64,000 nucleotides of DNA from Strigamia acuminata (Eukaryota): NCBI GenBank assembly GCA_949358305.1, contig OX442314.1:11284001-11348000 (forward strand), in the 5' to 3' direction. The translations under genes and the position numbers were made by a program. Shown here piece by piece: positions 9,888 through 21,604 of the stretch (within the stretch, counting starts at the first letter, position 1; every line of letters begins with the position of its first letter). The notes under the pieces are model-generated. The model saw only the letters and a program-made list of their open reading frames with translations, ran no database searches and was not told where the DNA came from.

Positions 9888-10810
9888 TAAGCTTGTAATC
9901 GGATCGGATCGGATCGGATTTCTGGCCGATCCGCATCCGATCCGAAAATAGTGCGGATCGAAAAATGCGGATCCGCATCCGATCCGCATGCCCAGATCGG
10001 CCTATCCGATCCGATCGGATCCGATCCGCAACCAATCCGCGGATTGCGGATCAATTGCGGATCGATTTTTTTATTTTATTTTTTTTTTTAGTTATTTTTT
10101 TTTCCCTAAAATCGGCTCAAACAACACACAGCCATGTTAGCCACAACTCCCTGCTTGAACAATTAAATTCCCCATTCAAAATTACTTAAAATTGAGAAAA
10201 TAAACAAAAAAAAGCTGCCCAACCGGCGCACGAAGCCACCGATGAATAAACGATAAAAAAAGACCGAAACTGAACCGGGCGACTAAACACCCGCCTTTTT
10301 CTCGTTCTCCCGTCACCATTACAAACCTGTATGTTTTCGCCGGTGCCGTTGGGTGGAGAGAGACGGAGAAACAGGTCGCGCTTGCAACCTCAGGCGTCGG
10401 GCGACGATCGGCGACGTCGGGCGATGATCGGCGACCTACGCCCTACGATTAGCCGGACCCACTGAGAAAGTGTACAAGGGTGTGGTCGTGACTGGTGAAC
10501 GAGAAAAAGGCAATTGTTTAGTCGCCCGGTTCGGTTTTAGGCCTTTTTGATTGTTTGTTAGTCGCTGCGTGCGCCGGTTGGCTTTTTTTTGTTTATTTTC
10601 TCGTTTTTAACAAAGTGAAAAAAATTTGCGGATTGTTCGGATCAATCCGCGGATTTGGCCAATCCGATCCGCGGATTGGTTGCGCGGATTAGCCACCCGT
10701 CCGATCCGCAAAGGAATCCGCAGGCGGATCATTTAAAAGAATCCGCATCCGCATCCGATCCGATCTGATCCGCGGATTTGCGGATCTAATCCGATCCGAT
10801 TACAAGCTTA
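9888..10810. mobile_element. Non-autonomous TIR element (hAT-like MITE, 923 bp) inserted in DIRS RNase H
   Basis: 22-bp TIR TAAGCTTGTAATCGGATCGGAT; perfect 8-bp TSD TCCACAAA (9880-9887, 10811-10818); GGATC/GATCC subterminal arrays; removal restores EFVFVDASNKGWG. Confidence 0.92.
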
Positions 10811-13260
10811 TCCACAAACACAAATTCCCCAGGACTAAACGTGGCCAACTCCTTAGGTTTAAATGCCTCCAAACTTAACCAACTTCTTAAGTGCAACTCC
10901 AATTTATCTGTCATTCTAACCTCAGCATCATAATTTCCAGACACCGCCTCTAATTTTGCATTTTTAAAATGCTCTAAAGGCTTAATGTGCCAAAAACCAT
11001 TAAACAAGGCCGGTTCAACCGCCACCAAATTTCCTACCAATTGTGAAAATTTCCGCAAAGAAAAAACTTTTGCAACCAAAATTTCCTTTACCAATTTCAA
11101 TATTTTTTCCTTTTTCCTCTCTGGTACTGCAATCTGCATTTTAACTGAATCCAAAATCAAACCCAAAAATTCTATCCGTTGCACTGGTTGAAGAACAGAT
11201 TTTTCCCAATTTAAAACCAATCCAAGTGATTGCAAAAAAGATATAGCAAAACTACAATCCAACCTGGCTTGCTCCAGCAATTTGCAAAAAAATATACCAT
11301 CATCTAAAAAAGCCAAAGTTGAAATTCTTTGCACACGTAAGAAAGCAAAAACCGGTTTCATTATTTTAGTAAAAATCCGAGGGGCTGATGCCAGACCATT
11401 TGGAAGCACCTGGTATTCATATAACTCACCGTCCCATAAAAAACGCAACAATTTCTTAAACACTTCCCTTACTGGCACCAAATAATAAGCATGCTTGAGA
11501 TCGATCTTAAACATGTAAACCCCTTCTTGCATTAAACTAGTAGCTTCCTTAAATGTTGCCATTTTAAAATAATGATAAACAACATGTGCATTTAAATTTT
11601 TTAAATTTAAAATTATTCTAACGCTTCCATCAGGCTTTGGAACCGGAAAAATTGGACTTAAAAATTGCCCTGCCTCAAACAAAACTTTCTTAATTACTCT
11701 TAGCTCCAAAAGCTTTGATATCTCTAAATCAACTTGTCCCTTTTCATTTTCCTGAAATCTATACTCTTTCACAGAGGGAACCGCCTCTTGAAAATCAAAA
11801 AGTTCAATATCAACTCCTTGAATGGACTTTAAAATCCATTTATCCGAAGTAATTAAACTCCAATTCTTTACATAAGAGGCAATCAAACCTGCACTAAAGA
11901 TCAGGCGTGCACTCACTTTATTCACATCAAAAAACATGAGATCAACTTGTTGTTCTTCTAATTCCTTTTCCTTGGAATCTTCTCCGTCTTCTCCTTGGGA
12001 CGGCTCTGTCCTACAACAAATTTGATTTAATGACCCAATTCGTTTGCCAACACCAAGACCATTACAACCTGCATAAGGATGAAATCCTCTTGGTTGTGGA
12101 GAGTCTCGCCTACTCTCAAAACGAGGAGGTCCGTCAGCATCACGGAAAAAGGACCGAAACTTCAGACCTCGACCAGCACCTCGAAACGAGGGAACAAAGG
12201 GTTTCTTTCTTGGTTGGATCAACTTCTTGCTCATATTCGAGACCTTCTCAATTTCTTCCAATTGGTGTGCCAAATTTGGTCCAAAAAGTGAGTCCGGATA
12301 ACTCACAAATTTCCCACACAAAGGCCTAAAACGTGGCTGCACTTCATCCATTAATTCTAGTTTTCGTGCACGAGTTATCTTCATGTTTGCCGCACCCAAC
12401 AAGGTTATTGCAGTCGAAATCAATTCCAACTGCCCTTGAAAAAAGGGATCAGCCACTTGCACACCTGCTTGGTCAACAACCGCAGGAAATTTCCCAGCCA
12501 ATTTCTCCAAAATCTGCGCCAAAGGCACTGCCACTTTCAACAAGGTTTCCTGCGACTTCCGCAAGGTTCGATCTCTAATTTTGATTTTCTGGCTTCTAAT
12601 CTCGCCCCACAAATGGGACTCACATTCTGGAGGCACTAAAAACCGCATATTTCCTGGAATAAGTGTCTCCTCTTGTACTTGAACCTGACGATCTGGCAGC
12701 ACTTCAAACAGTCTCTTCAAAAACATTGAAGCCATCGTAGGCGGCATATCTGGCCCAAACTTTGGATCTGTTTTCTCTTCTCCCATGTCAAAATCATAAA
12801 CTCCAGATGTAGCCGACACTGACGGAGATGAGCCAGAAATGGGTGCATTTGCATTCGTTTGCACAGGGCCAGTAATTGCCGCTGGGATCGCAGGCAGCCC
12901 AGTATTTGCCATTAATTGCACATGGCCCCCAATCGCCGCTGGAATCGCAGGCGGGGCAGAAACTAGCGCATTTATATTTGCTTGCACAGAGCCAGAACTT
13001 GCCGCTGGATTCGCAGGCATCCCAGCAGTTGCACTTAATTGAAATTGGTCCCCATTCGCCGCTGGTGTCGCAGGCGGACCAGAAAAATTTTTTAACAACA
13101 TCGATTTAATTTCTGCCAATTCTTTTGACAAAATTTCATAACGCACATCATCTTCTTCATCCTCTTCATTGTTATCCACGCGCTTAACCGCGTGCTCCGC
13201 TCCAACGTCGTAACTGTGGTCCAGCAACGCTTCAAAATCAACTTTCTCGGCCATAACCAC
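10811..13260 (-). pseudogene. DIRS gag plus reverse transcriptase ORF, interrupted by the MITE
   Basis: LFGPNL gag motif; WSLITSDKWIL, SPIFPVPKPDGSVRIILNLKNLN, IDLKHAY, LPNGLASAPRIFTK and FLDDG RT motifs. Confidence 0.88.
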
Positions 13261-13445
13261 AATCTTTAGATTATCACTACTCCAATTTCACTAAATTTAA
13301 TAGACGAATACGTTAATTTTTTAATAAAAAACGATTTTGTTACTCACCAAAAAATTAACCTTAACCAAACGACTCCGGAGTGTGCTAAAAACTGAACGGC
13401 TCCAGCGGGTGCGCCCTCTCCTGGGATTCCGTAGAACGGGAGGTA

Positions 13446-13524
13446 GAATGCAACATCAAGCCCAAAACCTCCGCACGATTCGCCATCGTCGTCCGAATAT
13501 TCCTCTCCAGTTCAAACAAAACGT
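13446..13524 (-). pseudogene. Duplicated fragment of the CXXC1 3' coding end; DIRS insertion site
   Basis: GAATGCAACATCAAGCCCAAAACC...CCGAATATTCCTCTCC matches 31525-31603. Confidence 0.85.
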
Positions 13525-13865
13525 CCTTGTGAGATCAATATATTTGACTACCGTAGAATTGCATTTTATCACTTCATTGACTAAGATAATGACAATGTGA
13601 CATTGTTGCACCCTGCGTCATCATTGTTTACGTTTAGTTTGACATCATGACACTACTGAAAATAGGTTATGTTGGTACAACCTAAGTACAACCATTTTTT
13701 CCTTACTTTTATAGTGAATTATTATTGATTTTAATGTTAATTTTAAAAGTGAATGTTAATTTTCTACAACTATAATGGAAAAATCAAGTTTTTTATTATC
13801 ATCAATAAATTCCCACAAAATTACTTGAAAACAAACAAATAGTATTATGTGTTAACTTAACTTAT

Positions 13866-15332
13866 CTAATGATTGGAAAAAGCAAAAAGTTTAGATTCCA
13901 GCGTTTCGTAACATGATAAATCAGTTTGAAAAAGGCACACTTCAGTCGGTTGCTTGTCGTCTTCCGAATCATCTTCGTATTCATCATCAGTTAATCCTTT
14001 GATATAATCAATCCCAAAATCACAGATTTGTCGTTTAAAACGTCGCAAGGTGCCATCTGTTTGGAAAATTTCACGCAGAAACTGATCCAACACGGCTCCT
14101 CCGTCATTGACAACCATTAACACGCACGTGCATACTTTCGACATCATTAAATTGTATTTCATCTCTTCACTCACACCATTCATCAACACCTTAAGAAGAT
14201 CAAAATCATCATAGTTGAACAGATTTCTCACGGTAAAAGTTTGATCCAAAATGATCCATTTTAGTTTGCTGGAAAAACGGGTCCACAATCTTGGAAAGTG
14301 TCTTTTTTTCCGAAAACCAGCAAGACCACTTCGATAAATACGTTCTTTATGAATAAAATAAAGCATTAAGTATTTTTTATCAATACTATCAACCATATAA
14401 AACAAAGTGGAATGCAAAAAGTCATGCCAATATCTGTTTGACTCCATTAGACTGTCTAGCAGAACGGTAAAATTAGTGTTCATCCTTTCGCAATTGCTGA
14501 AAGTCGATTCCAGTTGCTTTTTCGTAAAATGATTTAATAGAAAGAACATGGTATCCGATGGGCCGTGATGCAGACATTCCCAACAAAGATCTATGAATCG
14601 ATTTCTGTCTTCCGCATCATCGTTAGTATCCCATATGTACTGTAAAACTAAATCAAATTCAAAATGAGCCGCCAGGCTGACAATAGCGTAAATATTGCAG
14701 TCTTGGCCGTTGAATAATTTTCGAATTTTTGTTGTAAATTCAAACTTTTTCCTGGTTTCATTGAGTGAATATAATTCGTGGTCGTTGTTGATTTCTTTTA
14801 AGACCAGTGGTAACTTTTCCCACAAAATCTTCACATAATTTACTAAACAAAAATGGAAATGACAAGCCAGATTGTAGAGAGTCCCATTGGTCCTCAAGGC
14901 TTCGTTGCTTTCGTCGTTGTAAAGCAAAACAAACGTTTCTTTTTTGTCAATTGCTCCATGAACCGTCCAAGCAATGTCATTAACAAAAGCATACGAAGTG
15001 ACGTTCTCAGTAAAAGTGAATCTTTCGAGATATTGTATCCATTCGTGTATCTGAACACCAACTAGTGCAACGGCATTTTTTAATCCGTCCTTCAGGGTTG
15101 GAGGTAGATACAGATTTGCTCCTTTCATCACTTCATCTTCAATTCGATGCCATTCCCTGGATTGCGTAGTTTTCTTTTTTCCAAAAAAATTAACTATTTT
15201 CAATTTAACCGCATCTTTTCGCCAAAACGAAATTGCGACAGCTAATAATGAGATTTTCTCCAAGCTGGGGCACGATTTTGCTTTCTTCAGATTTCTTTGA
15301 AGGTCGGCGTTTATTGTTTCGATTTTATCCAT
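13866..15332 (-). CDS. Array paralog 1: uncharacterised ~488-aa protein with N-terminal BC-box/cullin-box-like motifs
   Basis: Intact ORF; start MDKIETIN is shared with paralogs (upstream ORF extension is intronic); 6-bp duplication gives CHFHFC. Confidence 0.85.
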   Translation of the reverse strand: MDKIETINADLQRNLKKAKSCPSLEKISLLAVAISFWRKDAVKLKIVNFFGKKKTTQSREWHRIEDEVMKGANLYLPPTLKDGLKNAVALVGVQIHEWIQYLERFTFTENVTSYAFVNDIAWTVHGAIDKKETFVLLYNDESNEALRTNGTLYNLACHFHFCLVNYVKILWEKLPLVLKEINNDHELYSLNETRKKFEFTTKIRKLFNGQDCNIYAIVSLAAHFEFDLVLQYIWDTNDDAEDRNRFIDLCWECLHHGPSDTMFFLLNHFTKKQLESTFSNCERMNTNFTVLLDSLMESNRYWHDFLHSTLFYMVDSIDKKYLMLYFIHKERIYRSGLAGFRKKRHFPRLWTRFSSKLKWIILDQTFTVRNLFNYDDFDLLKVLMNGVSEEMKYNLMMSKVCTCVLMVVNDGGAVLDQFLREIFQTDGTLRRFKRQICDFGIDYIKGLTDDEYEDDSEDDKQPTEVCLFQTDLSCYETLESKLFAFSNH

Positions 15333-15564
15333 TTCTGATGAAAAATTCAAATAGATAATTAAATATAGTTGAAAAACAACTGTAATAATATCGAAACTCA
15401 CTGAATTAACTATAGTACTTACCGACTCAAACCTAAAGGTTATTGCAAGAAAGAAATTTCGTAGTGAACAACAGAATTCTGTCACAAAGTACAACTATTC
15501 TGTGAAAGAAAGAACTATAGGCATACTGTAATTTACAAATTCGAAGAACGAACGATCGACTTAC
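15333..15564 (-). promoter_or_regulatory. 5'-UTR intron of paralog 1 (equivalent intron upstream of every paralog)
   Basis: GTAAGT donor at 15564-15559 and acceptor ...CATCAG|AAATG just before the ATG; GTAAGT/GTACGT donors and CAG|AAATG recur at the other copies. Confidence 0.65.
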
Positions 15565-16011
15565 CACTTGTTCGCTTGGATCTCACTTGTCAGTCGATTT
15601 ACCGCCAACCCTCTGGTGGGCAGTGTTCGAAAGAAATAAAAAAGATTTTTACCGAAAGATGGTACCGAGTTCAACAACCAAAAGTAAAATTATTTTAAGC
15701 TTCTGCTTTCTTCGAGGCATTTACTTTTTTTTCTTTTTCATTTTCTTTGAAAATATATATTTTCTGGTTTTGAGGTACTTTCAGTGGATTTATCACTCGA
15801 TTGATCAGTTTTTCGAATGACGACGCGCATGTGGTTTCATCCACTTCTAAAAGCGTTATGTATTCCTTATTTCCCAAACAATTCGCAATTGTCTTGGAAT
15901 TGTGAAAACTTACAATAACTTTTATTATTCCAGAAATAATAAATTTTATTACTAAAAACACACGCCCAATACATTCCAAATCAATAAACTTCTACAAAAT
16001 TCTTGAAAAAA

Positions 16012-17472
16012 TTATATTAATGCAAATTCAAAGAGTTTAGATTCCAGCGCTTCGTAACATGATAAATCAGTTTGAAAAAAAGACGCTTCAGTCGGCCACC
16101 TACCGTCTTCCCAATCATCTTCGTATCCACTATCAGTCAATACTCTGATATGATCAATCCCAAAATCACAAACCTCTTGTTTAACACGTTGCAATACGTC
16201 ACCAGTTTGGAAAATGTCACGCAAAAACTGATCCAACACGGCTCCTCCATCATTTACAACCATTAACACGCACGTGCATATTTTCGACATCATTAATTTG
16301 TACTTCTTCTTTTCACCCGCACTATTCATCAGCATCTTAAGAAGATCAAGATCCTCAAAGTTAAACAGTATCATTATGGCACAATTATCACCGATTATGA
16401 TCCGTTTTTGTTTTCTGGAAAAACGGTTCCACAATCTTTTGAAAAGTTTTTTTTTTAGAAAACCAGCAAGACCGCTCCGGCAAATATTTCCTAACTGAAA
16501 ACGGTAATAATATGGACACTGTTCACCAAAACTATCAATAATATAGAACAAAGTGGGATGCAAAAAGTCATGCCAATATCTGGTTGACTTCATTAGACTC
16601 TCTAGCAGAAAGGAAAAATTATTGTTCTTATAGTTGAAATTGTCGAATGTCGATACCAGTTGCTTTTTCGTAAAATGATTTAATAGAAAGAACATGGTAT
16701 CCGATGGGTCGCGATTCAGAAATTCCCAAGAAAGATCTAGCAATTGATTCCTCTCATCCGCGTCATCCTTCGTATCCCATATGTACTGTAAAGCTAAATC
16801 AAGCTCACAATCCATCGCCAAGCTAACAATATCGGTTATATTGTAGTCTTGGCCGTTGAATAATTTTCGAATTTCTGTTGCAAATTCAAACTTTTTCCTG
16901 GTTTCATCGAGTGAATATAATTCGTTGTCGTTGTTGATTCCTTTTAAGACGAATGGTAATTTTTTCCACAAAATCTTCACATAATTTACTAAACAAAAAT
17001 GACACGCAAGATTGTAAAGAGTCCCATTGGTCCTCAAGGCTTCGTTCTTTTCGTCGTTGAAGAGTAAAACAAACGTTTCTTTTTTGTCAATTGCTCCATG
17101 AACCGTCCAAGCAATGTCATTAACAAAAGCGTACGAAGTGACGTTCTCAGTAAAAGTGAATCTTTCGAGATATTGTATCCATTCATGTATCTGAACACCA
17201 ACTAGTGCAACGGCATTTTTTAATTCGTCCTTCAGGGTTGGAGGTAGATACAGGTTTGCTCCTTTCATCACTTCATCTTCAATTTGATGCCATTCTCTGG
17301 ATTGCGTAGGTTTCTTTTTTCCAAAGAAATTAGCTATTTTCAATTTAACCGCATCTTTTCGCCAAACCGAAATTGCGACAGCTAATACTGAGATTTTCGC
17401 CAAACTGGGGCACGATTTTGCTTCCTTCAGATTTCTTTGAAGGAGAGCGTTTATTGTTTGGATTCTGTCCAT
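16012..17472 (-). CDS. Array paralog 2 (486 aa; chimeric, altered C-terminus)
   Basis: Intact ORF highly similar to paralogs; a ~70-bp deletion at the stop region changes NH* to LI*. Confidence 0.85.
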   Translation of the reverse strand: MDRIQTINALLQRNLKEAKSCPSLAKISVLAVAISVWRKDAVKLKIANFFGKKKPTQSREWHQIEDEVMKGANLYLPPTLKDELKNAVALVGVQIHEWIQYLERFTFTENVTSYAFVNDIAWTVHGAIDKKETFVLLFNDEKNEALRTNGTLYNLACHFCLVNYVKILWKKLPFVLKGINNDNELYSLDETRKKFEFATEIRKLFNGQDYNITDIVSLAMDCELDLALQYIWDTKDDADERNQLLDLSWEFLNRDPSDTMFFLLNHFTKKQLVSTFDNFNYKNNNFSFLLESLMKSTRYWHDFLHPTLFYIIDSFGEQCPYYYRFQLGNICRSGLAGFLKKKLFKRLWNRFSRKQKRIIIGDNCAIMILFNFEDLDLLKMLMNSAGEKKKYKLMMSKICTCVLMVVNDGGAVLDQFLRDIFQTGDVLQRVKQEVCDFGIDHIRVLTDSGYEDDWEDGRWPTEASFFQTDLSCYEALESKLFEFALI

Positions 17473-18119
17473 TTCTGTGTGAAGAATTCAAATAGAAAAT
17501 TAAATATAGTTGAAAAAGAACTGTATGAATATCGAAACTAACTGAATTAAATATAAACTACGTACCAATTGAAACATGAAGGTTATTGCAACGAAGAAAT
17601 TTCGTAGTCTCCAATAGAATTCTGCTACAAGGTACAACTATTCTGTGAAAGAAAGAACTATAGGCATACTGTAATTTACAAATTCAAAGAACGTACGACG
17701 TACCACTTGTTTGCTAGGATCTGACTTGTCAGCAGATTTGCCGCCAACCCTCTGGTGGGCAGTGTTCGAAAGAAAAAAAAAGATTTTTACCGAAAGATGG
17801 TACCACAGTATACTGTGGATGGTACTGACTTGTGAGTTCAACGATCAAAAGCAAAATTATTTTAAGCTTCTGCTTTCTTCGAGGCACTTACTTTTTTTTT
17901 CACTTTCGTTTTCTTTGAAAATATATTTTTTCTGGGTTTAAGTTATTTTCAGTGGATTTATCACCCGATTGATCAGTTTTTCGAATGACGTTGCGCATGT
18001 GGTTTCGTCCACTTCTTAAGCGTTATGTACTTTTTATTTCCCAAACAATTCGCAATTGTTTTGGAATTGTGAAAACCTTACAATAACTTTTATTATTCCA
18101 GAAATAATAAATTTTATTA

Positions 18120-18416
18120 CTAAAAACACACGCCTAATACATTCCAATTCAATAAATTTCTACAAATTTCGTCATTCAGGGTTGGAGGTAAGCACAGATT
18201 TGTTTCTTCCGTCACTTCGTCTTCAATTCGACGCCATTCCCTTGAATGCAGGGTTTTATTTTTACCAAAATAATTGGTAATTTTCAATTTAACCGCATGT
18301 TTTCGCCAAAATGAAATTGCGATTGTAAATAATGATAATTTCTCCAAGCTGGGGCAGGATTTGGCCTTTTTCAGATTTTCTTGAAGGCGAGCATATATTA
18401 TTTCGATGGCGTCCAT
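18120..18416 (-). pseudogene. Array paralog 3, internally deleted (first ~83 codons only)
   Basis: MDAIEIIY...LPPTLNDE matches the paralog 6 N-terminus, then joins the 3' flank at ~18168. Confidence 0.8.
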
Positions 18417-19040
18417 TTCTGTGTGAAAAATAGATGGTTTAATACAATTGAAAAATAATTATGGTGTTATCGAAACTCAACTGAATTAAATATCGACTAT
18501 CAACTCAAACTTGAAGATTATCTTTGCGAAGGAATTTCGTAACTTAACTTCCAATATAATTCTACTACAAGGTACAACTACCGGTAGTTCTCTGAAACAG
18601 AAATAACGAATTTGCAAACACGAGGAACGTATACTGGAAAATCACTTAAGTCAAAGGCAGTTTTTATTTTTCCACGGGTACTTACCACTTAGCTGGGATC
18701 TATAAGTATACTTGCCGCCACTCCTCAAGTGTGTGGACAGTAATCGAAGAAAATAAATATTTTGTTCGCCGAAAGGTGGCGATGTTCAATCTGAAGTAAA
18801 ATTATTTCTGCTTTTTTCGAAACATTTTTTTAAATTTCCTTTTCGTTATTTTTTTTTAATATATGTTTTGGTTTGTTGTGTTTAGGTATTTTCAGCGGAT
18901 TTATCACTCGATTAATCAGTTTTTCGAGTTTGCGGGATTGTTCAGATTTTCAGAATTGTCAATTATATCGCACGTGGCGTCTTGATTCCGTCGACTATTT
19001 CCTCCGTCGAGATTTCTTTCTAAGGACTGTGGTCGAGATT

Positions 19041-19161
19041 ATGAATAGTCTGTGGCGCATTCGGAACCCAAGGCGTGATCGACGAATCAACATCAAGCCA
19101 TAAACCTGCGCACGATCGCCATCGTCGTCCGAATATTCCTCTCCTGTTCAAACAAAACGTC
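19041..19161 (-). pseudogene. Degenerate duplicated CXXC1 3' coding fragment
   Basis: Aligns with indels to 31464-31603. Confidence 0.85.
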
Positions 19162-19509
19162 ACGAAATTTGACTACCACAGTCTTGCATTTTATCACTTC
19201 AATGACAATGTGACATTGTTGCACCATGCGTCATCATTGTTTACATTTAGTTTGTCATCAGTACCATGAACCATGTCAGCACACTACTGAAAATAGGTTA
19301 TGTTGGTCCAACCATTCTTTCCTTACTTTTATATTGAATTATTATTGATTTTAATGTTAATTTTAATGTTAATTTTAATAGTGAATTTTAATAGTGAATT
19401 TTAATTTTCAGCAACAATTAATGGAAAAATCAAGTTTTTTATTATCATTAATAAATTTCCACAAAATTACATGAAAGCAAATAAATAGTATTATGTTAAC
19501 TTAACATAT

Positions 19510-20967
19510 TTAATGATTGTAAAAAGCAAAAAGTTTATTTTCCAGCGATTCGAGAGACGATAAATCAGTTTGGAAAATACATTCTTCAGTCGGTCCCTTG
19601 ACATAATCATCTTCATCTTCCGAATTATATTCGTATCCAACGTTAGTTAATCTTCTGATGTAACCAATCCCAAATTCACAAACATTTCGCTTGAAATGTC
19701 GTACAATTTCATCAGTTTGGAATATTTCGCGCAGGAATTGATCCAACACGGGTCCTCCATTATTAATAATCATTAACACGCACGTGGATCTTTTTGACAT
19801 CATCATTTCATATTTCATCTTTTCATTCACAGTATTCATCATCATCTTAAGAAGATCAAGATCTTCGTAGTTCAACAGACACATCATGAAACAACCATCG
19901 TGTGCGAATATAATCCGTTTTAGTTCGCTGGGAAAACGGTTCCACAATTTTCGGATCACTCTTTTTGTTAAAAAACCAGCAAGGCCACCTCGCCAAATAT
20001 CTTCTAATACATACAAGATATCATAACCTTGACCAGAACTTACATCAATTAAATCAACCGTATCGATCAAAGTAGTATAGAAAAAGTCATGCCAAAATCT
20101 CTTTGGCTTTAGCAGACAATTTTGTATGACGGTGAATGACAATTTCAGTTGCTTTTTCGATACATGATTTAATAGAAAGTACATGTTATCCGATCGATCG
20201 GACCACGTACATTTCAAACAATAATCCATCATTCGATTCCTCTCATCCGCATCCGCATCCTTCTGAGTATCCCACACGTACTGTAAAACTAAATCAAAAT
20301 CCCAAGCGACGGCTAGCTCGACAATTTCGTTTATATTGCATTGTTGGCCATTGAATAATTTTCGAATTTTTATTGCAAGCTTAAACTTCCGCCTGGTTTC
20401 ATCGGATGAATATAATTCGTTGTCGTAGTTGATTTCTTTTAAGGCCAGTGGTAACTTTTCCCACAAAATCTTCACATAATTTACTAAACAAAAATGACTA
20501 GCCAGATTGTAAAGAGTCCCATTGATCCTCAAGGCTTCGTTGTTTTCGTCGTTGTAGAGTAAAACAAACGTTTTCTTTTTGTCAATAGTTCCATGAACCG
20601 TCCAAACAATGTCATTAATAAAAGCGTACGAAGTGACATTCTCAGTAAAAGTGAATGTTTCGAGATATCTTATCCAGTAATGTATCTGAATACCAACGAG
20701 TGCAATAGCGCATTTTAGTTCGTCATTCAGCCCAAGAGCTAAGTACAAATTTGCTCCTTTCATCACTTCGTCTTCAATTTGATGCCATTCCCTGGATTTT
20801 AGAACTTTCTTTTTTCCAAAGAAATTGGTTATTTTCAATTTAACCGCATCTTTTCGCCAAAATGAAATTGCGACAGCTAATACAGAGATTTTCTGCAAAC
20901 TGGGGCAGGATTTTGCGGTTTGCAGATTTTCTTGAAGGCGGTCGTACATTATTTGGATTTTGTCCAT
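19510..20967 (-). CDS. Array paralog 4 (485 aa)
   Basis: Intact ORF; closest to paralog 7. Confidence 0.85.
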   Translation of the reverse strand: MDKIQIMYDRLQENLQTAKSCPSLQKISVLAVAISFWRKDAVKLKITNFFGKKKVLKSREWHQIEDEVMKGANLYLALGLNDELKCAIALVGIQIHYWIRYLETFTFTENVTSYAFINDIVWTVHGTIDKKKTFVLLYNDENNEALRINGTLYNLASHFCLVNYVKILWEKLPLALKEINYDNELYSSDETRRKFKLAIKIRKLFNGQQCNINEIVELAVAWDFDLVLQYVWDTQKDADADERNRMMDYCLKCTWSDRSDNMYFLLNHVSKKQLKLSFTVIQNCLLKPKRFWHDFFYTTLIDTVDLIDVSSGQGYDILYVLEDIWRGGLAGFLTKRVIRKLWNRFPSELKRIIFAHDGCFMMCLLNYEDLDLLKMMMNTVNEKMKYEMMMSKRSTCVLMIINNGGPVLDQFLREIFQTDEIVRHFKRNVCEFGIGYIRRLTNVGYEYNSEDEDDYVKGPTEECIFQTDLSSLESLENKLFAFYNH

Positions 20968-21604
20968 TTCTGTGCAAAAAAATTAAAAAAATTGAAAAAA
21001 TTATTACGTACGGTATGATAATATCTAAACGCAACTGAATTAAATATCGAAGCAATTTCCTTTCTTCCAATAGAATTCTGCTATGAAATGTAACTATTTA
21101 TACAAAACAGAATAACTATAATTTACAAATACGAAGAACGTACGACGTACCACCACCACTTACTTGTTAGCTTGGCCGCCACTCCTCGGGTGAACATGAG
21201 CAGCAACCGAAGAAAATAAATATTTGGTTTACCGATAGATGGCGATGTGTTCAACTTAAAGTAAAATTATTTTATGTTTCTGCTTTATTCGAGACACTTT
21301 TTTTTAGCTTTTTCGTTTTTTTAAATATATATTTTCTGGTTTTTGCTATTGAGGTTTTTTTAGTGCATTTATTTACAGTCCTTAAGTTTCCAGTTCTTTC
21401 CAACACATCCCAGCATTGTTCTGAATTCGCAACTGTGCTAGAATTGGCACGATCTACAGATAGTGCAGACCTACAATAGCTTTTAGAAGCGACCATGACA
21501 GTTTGTGATGAAGAAACAATGGCGCCATCTATGTTTCCAAGTTGCTATTAATTAAGAGTTAAATTTCTCTGAATGGTGATTATGCTCTAGTTCCGATTTA
21601 TACC

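Larger units (their letters stand above)
7926..13450 (-). mobile_element. DIRS-type tyrosine-recombinase retrotransposon, decayed (MITE insertion, frameshift, Gypsy insertion at the 3' end)
   Basis: gag-RT-RH-MT-YR organisation; terminal 34 bp (13417-13450) exactly complementary to internal 8073-8106 (ICR-like). Confidence 0.92.

Noticed and set aside
9660..10189. RIGCGS/DPIGSD-repeat ORFs
   Set aside because: Translations of the MITE subterminal GGATC repeats
15333..15494. Hydrophobic N-terminal extension on paralog 1 (and MFNCIK... on paralog 6)
   Set aside because: Lies in the conserved 5'-UTR intron, begins at non-ATG codons and is not open in other paralogs
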